From an uncultured Chlamydia sp. (lineage in GTDB: Bacteria; Chlamydiota; Chlamydiia; Chlamydiales; Simkaniaceae), in the NCBI GenBank assembly GCA_946127115.1, contig CAMGYI010000001.1, positions 662,857 through 726,856 of the forward strand: 64,000 nucleotides of DNA. Direction: 5' to 3'. The notes beneath the pieces are model-generated. The model was not told the DNA's origin, did not search any database, and saw only the letters and a list, made by a program, of their open reading frames with translations. Below are positions 26,553 to 35,266 of the stretch, piece after piece. How positions within the stretch are numbered: the stretch's first letter is position 1; each line of letters begins with the position of its first letter. The translations under genes and the position numbers were made by a program.

Positions 26553-28127
26553 TTATCCTAGTTTGTCAGATGCTACGTGATAATCGGGATCTTCTAATAC
26601 ATTGGTCTCGACCATATCCCCTGCTCTACCTAAGAGCTCCTTGCATTCTGGGCTGAGATGACGAAGGTGCAAGTTTTTACCCAGAGCCATATAGCGTTCG
26701 GTAATAAATTGTATGGCTTCAATCGCCGAGTGATCAGTTACCCGCGCATGCATAAAGTCAATAATCACTTCTTTCGGGTCGCCTTTTATCTCAAACAAGG
26801 TTTTGAATTGCGATACAGAGCCAAAAAACAGTGGTCCATGCAGCATATATTCTTTTGCACCCTTGGTATTGATTTTCTTCTCGGCATAAATATTTTTTGC
26901 AGTATCCCACGCGAAAACTAATGCAGCAATAATCACCCCCATGACAACCGCAACGGCCAAATTGGTAAAAACCGTGACCAAAGTCACCAAGGCTATAATA
27001 AAAGCGTCGTGCTTAGGGATTTTACGAATAAATTTAAACGTTGTCCATTCAAAGGTTGCAATCACCACCATAAACATCACACCTACAAGAGCTGCCAAAG
27101 GAATTAGCTTAATGACTGGCCAAAGGAAAATAATAAAAACAAAGAGCGTGATCCCAGCAACAATTCCTGAAAATCTACCACGCCCCCCTGAATTAATATT
27201 AATCATGCTCTGCCCCAGCATTGCGCAACCGCCCATTCCCTTACAGAAACCAGAAACAACATTGCCAAGACCTTGAGCGATACACTCCTTGTTGGCTCGA
27301 CCCCTGGTATAGGTCATTTCATCAATAAGTGACAAAGTCATTAACGACTCAGAAATTCCAATAATACACAGTGTAATGGCATAGGGAATGATGACCGCAA
27401 AAGCATTGAAACTCAGTGGAATCTTTAGCCAAGCAACAGTCGGGAATGCTGCAGAGACTTGCTCTCCTCCCATCATATCATCAACCACACGAGTATCTAA
27501 GTTAAAAAGATGTACCAGTGTTGAAACAAGAACAATTGCAACTAGGGCAGACGGTACTTTCTTGGTAAATTTTGGTAAAAAATGGGTAACCGCCATAGCA
27601 ACAATGATTAGCCCAATCATTAAGTACAAAGGATTCCCTGTTAACCAAACTGTCTCGCCATCTCCGGTGACTTTAAACTGCTCTAACTGCGCCAAGAAAA
27701 TAACAATTGCTAAACCATTCACAAAACCTACCATCACAGGTTTAGGCAAAATACGAATGAGTTTACCAAGACGGAATACACCCACTAATATCTGAAAAAT
27801 ACCTGTTAGCACCACAGTTGCAAATAGATATTCAACTCCATATTGGATGACTAAAGAGACAATAACCACTGCCATCGCACCCGTTGCACCCGAAATCATT
27901 CCGGGCCGACCACCGAATATCGCAGTAATAATGCACATAAAAAATGCTGAAAATAATCCCACCAATGGGTCAAGATGGGCCACCAGTGCAAATGCAATTG
28001 ATTCAGGAATGAGAGCCAAGGCAACGGTAAGCCCGGAGAAAAAATCAATATTCCATTTCCCCTCAAAAGGCATGAGGAATTTCTTAACACTTTGTATCAT
28101 TGGCGTCCAAGCTGAGGGTTTATACAT
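26553..28127 (-). CDS. SulP-family anion (sulfate/bicarbonate) permease with a C-terminal STAS domain
   Basis: 524 aa and polytopic, with SulP-like segments ('GLTVALALIPESIAFA', 'GISESLMT', 'ECIAQGLGNVVSGFCKGMGGCA'). The cytoplasmic STAS-like tail is 'VIIDFMHARVTDHSAIEAI'. Confidence 0.9.
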   Translation of the reverse strand: MYKPSAWTPMIQSVKKFLMPFEGKWNIDFFSGLTVALALIPESIAFALVAHLDPLVGLFSAFFMCIITAIFGGRPGMISGATGAMAVVIVSLVIQYGVEYLFATVVLTGIFQILVGVFRLGKLIRILPKPVMVGFVNGLAIVIFLAQLEQFKVTGDGETVWLTGNPLYLMIGLIIVAMAVTHFLPKFTKKVPSALVAIVLVSTLVHLFNLDTRVVDDMMGGEQVSAAFPTVAWLKIPLSFNAFAVIIPYAITLCIIGISESLMTLSLIDEMTYTRGRANKECIAQGLGNVVSGFCKGMGGCAMLGQSMININSGGRGRFSGIVAGITLFVFIIFLWPVIKLIPLAALVGVMFMVVIATFEWTTFKFIRKIPKHDAFIIALVTLVTVFTNLAVAVVMGVIIAALVFAWDTAKNIYAEKKINTKGAKEYMLHGPLFFGSVSQFKTLFEIKGDPKEVIIDFMHARVTDHSAIEAIQFITERYMALGKNLHLRHLSPECKELLGRAGDMVETNVLEDPDYHVASDKLG

Positions 28128-28606
28128 AAAAATAGGACGGTCATGCTATACAAAATCACAATTCCATGGAAGGGGATAGTTTTGTAAATCATTTATTTTG
28201 AACGATCGAGTTTCTGCCACAACTTGTAAATAGCAAGGGCTTCATCATCTGGATGATGTTTCTACGCGATTTTCGAGAATTTCCAATTTCCTTTATAAGA
28301 AATTTAGAAAAGTCAAGCACTTCCGATTATCCACATAAATACAATCTTCTCTGGACTGCATCAGTCCGTGGCAGCGAGCTGCATCAGGCAAAGATGGACA
28401 AGATTTTCTCTTATGTAAGCGCTCATGCAATGGGAATATCCACGGATTTGATATTTTCCATGGACACTCACATCCTATAGCCCCTCCCTTTTTTCTTTGA
28501 AAACCTTCCAGATTAGATACCAACTGCTTAGTTGTTACTACAAAACCACCTTGACATAAAAGGAAATTCGACTCATGATTTCTCGAAATATTAAACGGGA
28601 TTAATT

Positions 28607-29815
28607 ATGACTGAAAACATTTCAGAATGTTGCTTATCGGGTTTGCCCACTATTTCAGATCAGCTGGAGATACAAGGAGATTACCTTAAAGAAGCCGTAA
28701 AGGCATCAACGTTTAGCTCTCAATATTTTCGGAGTATGGCAAAGTTTTTTCGAGACCGTTTTTATTTACCTTTAAACGTGGGGCCCATAAATTCATTTTT
28801 TTTAGATAGCGGAGCCTACGCATCTCAGTTTGTTGAAATGCTAAAAGGAAACAATTCCAATCTGGATCCTACGTTTCCCAATCTTCCTCAAATGATTGAT
28901 CACTTTATTGTTCGGGATATTCCAGTAAAAGTTAAATTAGAGACCGGAGCATGTACTTTCCAAACGCGAGTGATAGAATCCAAGGAGGAGGTTGAGGGGA
29001 AAAAACTGCGCTTTATCCTATTTGCTTTTTATGATCATCAGGATGAAGAAGGAAACCCTTGGAACCCCCTTACCACGGACGAACTTAGTAGCGCCCCCTT
29101 AGAAGTTCTCAGAGCTTTTGGGCAAAAGGTAACAGTCCACTCCATGATGACATTCTCATTAGGAAGCTTCATTTTGGATGGCCTAAAGAGTGTTGCAGAA
29201 AAAGATGTAGATCTGATTCCTAAAACTCTCATCTTAAACCGAGGATTAGCCTCGATTTGGAAAGCCGCGACCCAGCTCTATCCTTTTCCAATCAGCTACT
29301 TCCTTTACAAAGCTGTGTATTTCTTAGGCCTAAATGCAAACCCTGAACTAGAGACTTTGGGCTTTTTTAAGCGAATGCAATCCCAGAACCCCCAGTCTAT
29401 GGAAGGAAGAAAAGTAGTGGTATTAGAAGCCAAACACGATCGATATTTTTCAGGAAATGGAGCTTTGGATTCCAACTTCCGAGAGAGTCTTGCAACAACA
29501 GGAGTCGAGGCTTATCAGGCCTCCTTTTTTATTCCAATGGTTGATGAACAAGCGCATCATTCGCTTCGAATGGACTTTCTGATCAACAACAAAAGCTCAG
29601 GAACAGTCTCAGCAGATTTTTTGCCTACAAAAGAAAATGAGAGCCTACCATTTAGTTTGGTACAAAATCTCATGTCTAAAACAGATGAAAAGAATTATCA
29701 TACTATTTTCATCACTGGGGGGAACAAAGACTCTCTTGATTCCGTTTCTTATCTTCAAGTAGCCCCCCTAATGTCAGCTTTTATTGATTTGAAATCTCAA
29801 GAGAAGCTCTTCTAG
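28607..29815 (+). CDS. Hypothetical protein (402 aa), possibly alpha/beta-hydrolase-like
   Basis: Long ORF. The only hint is a nucleophile-elbow-like 'TFSLGSF' followed by later Asp/His candidates. Not assignable from sequence alone. Confidence 0.55.
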   Translation: MTENISECCLSGLPTISDQLEIQGDYLKEAVKASTFSSQYFRSMAKFFRDRFYLPLNVGPINSFFLDSGAYASQFVEMLKGNNSNLDPTFPNLPQMIDHFIVRDIPVKVKLETGACTFQTRVIESKEEVEGKKLRFILFAFYDHQDEEGNPWNPLTTDELSSAPLEVLRAFGQKVTVHSMMTFSLGSFILDGLKSVAEKDVDLIPKTLILNRGLASIWKAATQLYPFPISYFLYKAVYFLGLNANPELETLGFFKRMQSQNPQSMEGRKVVVLEAKHDRYFSGNGALDSNFRESLATTGVEAYQASFFIPMVDEQAHHSLRMDFLINNKSSGTVSADFLPTKENESLPFSLVQNLMSKTDEKNYHTIFITGGNKDSLDSVSYLQVAPLMSAFIDLKSQEKLF

Positions 29816-29839
29816 AAAGAAGAAGGAGAAAGATATGTA

Positions 29840-30090
29840 TGGATGCAAACTCCTATAAGAAAATAAGAGTTGGTCCATAGAGGACAACATGCCGTTATTT
29901 ATGTGCAGGTCTTTGGAATTTCCATTTAAGTCAAAGGTGAGTCACAAAAATTGAGGGGGACTAACTGGTTCATCTTTTATTACACAACAAATCTGTTCAA
30001 ATTTTACCCAGGAATCATATATATTGCAGAATAATTTGATCATGTCAGTTATGGTTGACCTCCTTGTAAATTGCTAAATTTTCTTCAAAA
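29840..30090 (-). mobile_element. Possible transposase/recombinase HTH remnant
   Basis: The minus strand reads 'LKKI*QFTRRSTITDMIKLFCNIYDSWVKFEQ', an HTH-like '..VSRSTI..WIK.F' pattern. It shares the 14-mer tatggttgacctcc with the resolvase pseudogene HTH at 11307-11320. No ORF. Confidence 0.3.
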
Positions 30091-30177
30091 AAAACAATTT
30101 ACGAAAAGGGGGCGTTTTTATCCAAGGTTTTTCACTTTAACAACCTGATAGTTTGTGGTTTCAAAATCGAATTCACG

Positions 30178-30807
30178 TTATTCTACTAAAACTGCTCTAG
30201 CAGGAGCGCCATCGGAACCCGCAATCTTTATCGGAAGACAGTAAAGTGTGTAGGTTCCTGGAGGAACCTCTGTGAGATTAGTTCCCTCAAGGATAACCAC
30301 TTCTGCCTTGAGAAGGATTTGATGGGTGGCAACAAGACTGTTAAACGGGGCTACGCTGAGGTAATCCACCCCAATGAGCTTGACTCCTCGTTCCACAAGA
30401 TATTCTGCACCATCGGCGCTGATCGCAATGTAATCCTCGATAAACTCGGTCGCTCCATTTGACCATTGCTCTGAATTTCGGGTTTTGACTAGGAGGCGCT
30501 CTGTATTTGGAGGAATCTGTATTCCTTCCAAGACCTTTTTTGTAATGAGTTCAACATCCAATGCTTCGATAACAACAGCCTTGCCTATCAATACTTCTAA
30601 AGGTAATTTCTCGACTGGGTACCCATCTTTTAGAAAATGACAGGGAGCATCTACATGAGTACCTGCATGAGCACTCATCTTGATTGCTGTAACATTGGCC
30701 ATCTCTCCCTCATTTATCTCAAGAAGTTTTTTGAACTCAGTCTCTCTATCTCCAGGCCATATCGGAATAGCTTCTGATAAAGTCAAAGAAATATCATATA
30801 TCTTCAT
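30178..30807 (-). CDS. Cyclase-family protein / kynurenine (aryl)formamidase-like
   Basis: The PF04199-type metal motif 'SAHAGTHVDAPCHF' (HxGTHxDxPxH), at 209 aa. Confidence 0.8.
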   Translation of the reverse strand: MKIYDISLTLSEAIPIWPGDRETEFKKLLEINEGEMANVTAIKMSAHAGTHVDAPCHFLKDGYPVEKLPLEVLIGKAVVIEALDVELITKKVLEGIQIPPNTERLLVKTRNSEQWSNGATEFIEDYIAISADGAEYLVERGVKLIGVDYLSVAPFNSLVATHQILLKAEVVILEGTNLTEVPPGTYTLYCLPIKIAGSDGAPARAVLVE

Positions 30808-30951
30808 GAGTTTTAAAATAGTGCAGAAGTAAATATTAGTTCAATCATTCCTTTTTTCAAAAACCTTTCAGAAGAAATTAACATTTACATATCTATTAAC
30901 CAGTCAAATATGATAGACTGATAGAAATTTCAAAATTAAGTTGGTTGGAAA

Positions 30952-32379
30952 ATGGTATTCGATAATTTAGATCTTCATCCTAAAATTCTTGAGGCAGTTG
31001 CTGCTGCGGGATATTCTGAACCAACAGAGGTTCAAAAAGCGGTTATCCCTATGGTCAAGAAAGGAGTAGACATCCGAGCTTCAGCACAGACGGGAACGGG
31101 GAAAACAGCTGCCTTTTTGTTGCCTGCTATCAACCACTTGGTTACCTCCCCTTCACAAGGTGGCAAGGGACCTCGAGTTCTGATCCTCGTTCCTACACGA
31201 GAGCTTGCAATGCAAATTGAAACACAAGCCAAAAAATACACCAAGTACCTCCCTCATGTCAAAGCGGTTTCTGTTGTTGGAGGCGTCCCCTACCACAAAC
31301 AAGCGCCAAAACTTAGACGTTCGTTAGACATTCTTATTGCAACGCCTGGAAGATTGATTGACTTCATCCATCAAAAGAAAATTGAATTCCCCCGACTCGA
31401 AATACTCATCCTTGATGAAGCTGACCGAATGCTCGATATGGGTTTTGTAAAACCTGTAGAGGATATCGCTTCGAAAACCCCATCTGATCGCCAAACTCTA
31501 ATGTTTTCTGCGACAATGCAAGGAAGTATCATCAAGCTATCGAAAAAACTCTTGACTGACCCTAAAGAAATCACAATTACTTCTCAGCATGAGAAACATG
31601 AAAATATTGAGCAAAAAGTGCATTTTGTGGATGACTTGCACCACAAAAATCGCATTCTTGATCACATTCTAAGTCAGGATGAAGTAAAAAATGCTATCGT
31701 CTTTACTTCAACAAAACGCCACGCTGGCCAGCTTGTTGATGATTTGCGCGATAAAGGATTTCCTACAGGTGCTCTTCATGGTGATATGAATCAGAGACAA
31801 CGAACACGAACCATCGCACAGCTTCGGAACGGATCGATTTGTATCCTCGTTGCAACTGACGTCGCCTCTCGAGGAATCGATGTCCAAGCAATCTCCCACG
31901 TTATTAACTTCGATATTCCTGAGAATGCAGAAGATTACGTCCACCGCATCGGACGCACAGGACGCGCCGGAGCTAAGGGAACAGCGCTGACTCTAGTCGC
32001 TGGACGCGATGCATACATGATGAAACAGATCGAAAAATTCACCGGGCAACAGATTGATAGTGAAGTAATCCCAGGCTTAGAGCCCGATCCAACAAAAATT
32101 TCTTCAAACGCCCCACCACGAAGATCTCGCAATAACAGATCTAAGCACAAGACACATTCATTTCGTGGCTCTGGAAAACCTATTTCTACTCGAAGTGATA
32201 AGAAAACCAATTCATCTTGGGGTGACAAAAAACCTGGTTCTTCCCGTAGCAGCAAAAAGCCTGGCTCTTCCTGGAACGACAGGAAGTCCCGAAGCAAAGT
32301 TCGTCCTTCTAGAAATGACAACCAAGGCTTCAAATCTAAAAGGACTACCCAAAAAAAGAGCCGCCCTCAGGGTAGATAA
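30952..32379 (+). CDS. DEAD-box ATP-dependent RNA helicase with a basic Ser/Lys/Arg-rich C-terminal tail
   Basis: Q-motif region, 'AQTGTGKT', 'PTRELA', 'DEAD', 'SAT' and 'HRIGRTGRAG'. The tail contains repeated KKPGSS units. Confidence 0.9.
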   Translation: MVFDNLDLHPKILEAVAAAGYSEPTEVQKAVIPMVKKGVDIRASAQTGTGKTAAFLLPAINHLVTSPSQGGKGPRVLILVPTRELAMQIETQAKKYTKYLPHVKAVSVVGGVPYHKQAPKLRRSLDILIATPGRLIDFIHQKKIEFPRLEILILDEADRMLDMGFVKPVEDIASKTPSDRQTLMFSATMQGSIIKLSKKLLTDPKEITITSQHEKHENIEQKVHFVDDLHHKNRILDHILSQDEVKNAIVFTSTKRHAGQLVDDLRDKGFPTGALHGDMNQRQRTRTIAQLRNGSICILVATDVASRGIDVQAISHVINFDIPENAEDYVHRIGRTGRAGAKGTALTLVAGRDAYMMKQIEKFTGQQIDSEVIPGLEPDPTKISSNAPPRRSRNNRSKHKTHSFRGSGKPISTRSDKKTNSSWGDKKPGSSRSSKKPGSSWNDRKSRSKVRPSRNDNQGFKSKRTTQKKSRPQGR

Positions 32380-32403
32380 CAACTTCTTTTAGAGGGTTTG
32401 GTG

Positions 32404-33042
32404 CTAGTGGAGTTTCAGGGTGCGGTAGGCATCGTCGATCTGATCGAGAGAGGCGATGCAACAACTGAGGTCTTTAAGAAGACCTGTAGAGATATCGTAA
32501 ACCCACCCGTGAATTGTGAGTGATCTTCCTTTAGCCCAGGCATTTTGAACAATGGTGGTGTGGCAAACATTCATCACCTGTGTCAAAACATTAAACTCAA
32601 CAAGGCGCCCATATCTTTTCTCTTTATCTTGAATTTGATCAAGGACTTCTTTCTCACGGAAATAGACATCTCGAATATTGCGAAGCCAATTATCAACAAG
32701 CCCGAACTGAGCATTTTCCATAGAAGCAGCAACCCCTCCACATCCATAGTGGCCACAGACAATGACATGCTCAATTCCAAGATTTTCAACGCCATATTCT
32801 AAAACAGAAAGACAATTGATATCAGTGTGTGGAAAAACATTTGCTACATTGCGATGAACAAAGACTTCTCCAGGTTCTAACTCAATCATTTCGTTAGCTG
32901 GGATGCGGCTGTCTGAACACCCAATCCAGAAATACTTTGGAGTTTGTCCATTCACGTGTCTTTTAAAAACATTGGGGTCCTCTTTCCTCTTCCTCTCGGA
33001 CCATATACGATTATTCTCAAATAATTGGTGCAGCTCTCTCAT
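32404..33042 (-). CDS. can: Beta-class carbonic anhydrase (cytoplasmic)
   Basis: Zinc ligand motifs 'GCSDSR' and 'CGHYGCGG', at 212 aa. Confidence 0.9.
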   Translation of the reverse strand: MRELHQLFENNRIWSERKRKEDPNVFKRHVNGQTPKYFWIGCSDSRIPANEMIELEPGEVFVHRNVANVFPHTDINCLSVLEYGVENLGIEHVIVCGHYGCGGVAASMENAQFGLVDNWLRNIRDVYFREKEVLDQIQDKEKRYGRLVEFNVLTQVMNVCHTTIVQNAWAKGRSLTIHGWVYDISTGLLKDLSCCIASLDQIDDAYRTLKLH

Positions 33043-33392
33043 AGGCCCATTGTAGAGGCTCAGCTTGATTTATTTCTATAACGTTAATCCAAACAAAGCT
33101 TGTTAAACTGTAGGCCAGAGAATGGAGCAATATTTTTCTTGGATTTTTAAGAGCCTATATTATACTCCTTTGAAGAGAGGGGTTTGCGTGTCATCGACCC
33201 CATTAATCCACCCTAAGTTTCAGAAGGCTCGCTGCTATTGGAACACTTGCAGCTAGGTTGTCAATTTAGCAATTAGAACTATCTTACTAGTAATCACTAC
33301 TTACCACATATTCTGGCCACTTTAAATGGTTTTCCTTAGAGAAAAACCAAATGACAAACTAAAAGCCGTCTATAGAATCAAGTCTATAAGTT

Positions 33393-34271
33393 CTAAGAAA
33401 CAGTCGTAAAAGGAAGAGCTACGGAGAGAATCATCACAACAATAAGAGAAAAGATAAACATCTTTCGGGCCCAGCGCGCATCATTTTTTGCAGAAAAGCC
33501 CTTGAGAGCAAGAATGAGCCAACAAATCCCTAAGAAAGCCATAATGATCATGAAGGTAATCGTGGTGTAGCCACAAAGAGTCATAAGAGCTGTAGCCATG
33601 ATGAATGCGAGAAGGTACGCGATCATATGAATTTTTGTCTTTTGAACCCCCTTGACGCAAGGAAAAACGGGAATTGAGGCTTTAGTATAATCACTGAGAC
33701 GATAAATGGCGATGGCAAAAAAGTGAGGCATTTGCCACATGGCGATAATGGCAAAGAGAATGAATGCTCCGAGGTCGAGAGTATGAGTCACGGTGGTATA
33801 ACCAACAACTGGTGGAATGGCTCCCGCAATACTTCCGATGAGGATACCATAGGTCGTTTGATACTTTGATAATGAGTAAACAATCACGTAGAAGAAAAAC
33901 CCCGTTAGGGCAACATAGGTTGTCAATGGATTGGTCCCTACGGCAAGGATGAATGTGCCTAGAAAGCCGAGAGAGACACCAAAAAGAAGCGCTTTTCGAT
34001 GAGGAATAACCCCACGAGCTAAGGCTCGGTACTTGGTACGGCTCATCTTTGCATCGTGATTGCGATCAATATAGTTATTGAAGACACAAGCAGATGCAAT
34101 GATAAGCGCAAGCCCTTGCATCATAGATAAAAAAATCCCTAAATCGAATTGTCCTCTTGCTGCTAAAGCATACCCTCCAGCTGTAGTCAGTAAATTTCCC
34201 AGGATGATCCCAGGTTTCGTTAGCAAAAGATAGTGTTTTAACGTCAGAGGCTTTCTTAATGTTTTTTCCAT
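33393..34271 (-). CDS. cyoE: Protoheme IX farnesyltransferase (heme O synthase)
   Basis: UbiA-family polytopic protein with 'NNYIDRNHDAKMSRTKYRALARG'. Last gene of the cyo cluster. Confidence 0.9.
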   Translation of the reverse strand: MEKTLRKPLTLKHYLLLTKPGIILGNLLTTAGGYALAARGQFDLGIFLSMMQGLALIIASACVFNNYIDRNHDAKMSRTKYRALARGVIPHRKALLFGVSLGFLGTFILAVGTNPLTTYVALTGFFFYVIVYSLSKYQTTYGILIGSIAGAIPPVVGYTTVTHTLDLGAFILFAIIAMWQMPHFFAIAIYRLSDYTKASIPVFPCVKGVQKTKIHMIAYLLAFIMATALMTLCGYTTITFMIIMAFLGICWLILALKGFSAKNDARWARKMFIFSLIVVMILSVALPFTTVS

Positions 34272-34346
34272 TTTACCCTAAGTTCATGTTTTTTTGCTCA
34301 TCATGTCTGCGGCTGCGTAAGCCAACTGGCTCCTGTGGATACAACG

Positions 34347-34676
34347 TTAATGCCCCATGCTGGGCATAGCATTGTAGTTTAAATTGCTCATAATCCATAG
34401 CGTTCCTCCAATGAGGATAAACATTAGCACGACCCCAAAAATAAACATTATTAGATTCCAGCGCGGCCTTTCCTCAAGACCAAGGTGGAGGAAAAAAACC
34501 AACTGAATTAATGCTAAAGCGCATCCAATCACAACTATGGATATCACTAGAAGTTCATGCTTTAAATGGTACTGTGCCACAATCCTATAGGCAGCAAACA
34601 CCAATACAAGAGATATAATAAACCCAATCCATAGGGGTTTAAAACTTAGATTCCATCCATGATGCTCATCAATCAT
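34347..34676 (-). CDS. cyoD: Cytochrome o ubiquinol oxidase subunit IV
   Basis: 109-aa product with 3 TM segments. ATG 34676 overlaps the cyoC TGA (ATGA). The ORF-track start at 34739 would overlap cyoC by 67 nt and is rejected. Confidence 0.75.
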   Translation of the reverse strand: MIDEHHGWNLSFKPLWIGFIISLVLVFAAYRIVAQYHLKHELLVISIVVIGCALALIQLVFFLHLGLEERPRWNLIMFIFGVVLMFILIGGTLWIMSNLNYNAMPSMGH

Positions 34677-35266
34677 ACGATTCCCATTAAGTAAACAATT
34701 GTATAAATAAACAGCCAAATGATGTTGAGAAATTGCCAAAACATCTTAAGGCAAGTGAGGCGCAACACAGAGCGTGCTGTAATTCCAAAGCGGAAGACTG
34801 GAATGAGAAGAACAATCACCCACAGAAGAGCAAAAACCAGATGGAGAACAAAGATTCCCACAAGAGAGAAAAACACCGATGCAAAAGCATTCTTCTCCCA
34901 CCCACTCCCCGCAGCAATAAATTGGGAGAATTCGTGAAGTTCCATCCACAAAAAGACAATTCCTAACACAAAAGAAATGAGGAAAAAAGTGATTGATCCA
35001 CCTTTCTTCCTTCTGTGGGTATAGACTCCAGCAATCCCAATTGCAAAAGTGCTGATCAAGAAAATAAAGGTTTGAATTGTCGTATAGTCTAAGTTAAATA
35101 ACTGCTTCTGAGTTGGCCCTCCAAAATGATTCCCTCCTAAAACGGCATAAGCTGCAAAGATAGTGGCAAACAGCATGAAATCCGTTAATAAGTAGAGCCA
35201 AAACCCAAAGACTGTTTTGGAGTAGTTGTCATTGTGAGTGTCCGGACTCACCTCGTGCAAATTCAT
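34673..35266 (-). CDS. cyoC: Cytochrome o ubiquinol oxidase subunit III
   Basis: 197 aa with 5 TM segments. Position and size fit CyoC. 4-nt overlap with cyoB. Confidence 0.85.
   Translation of the reverse strand: MNLHEVSPDTHNDNYSKTVFGFWLYLLTDFMLFATIFAAYAVLGGNHFGGPTQKQLFNLDYTTIQTFIFLISTFAIGIAGVYTHRRKKGGSITFFLISFVLGIVFLWMELHEFSQFIAAGSGWEKNAFASVFFSLVGIFVLHLVFALLWVIVLLIPVFRFGITARSVLRLTCLKMFWQFLNIIWLFIYTIVYLMGIV

Noticed and set aside
28253-28523. Two overlapping 75-aa ORFs on opposite strands upstream of the SulP gene
   Set aside because: They are mutually exclusive shadows with no RBS and no motif. A short C-terminal-looking frame (…PDDEALAIYKLWQKLDRSK*) on the minus strand hints at another relic but is too short to call.
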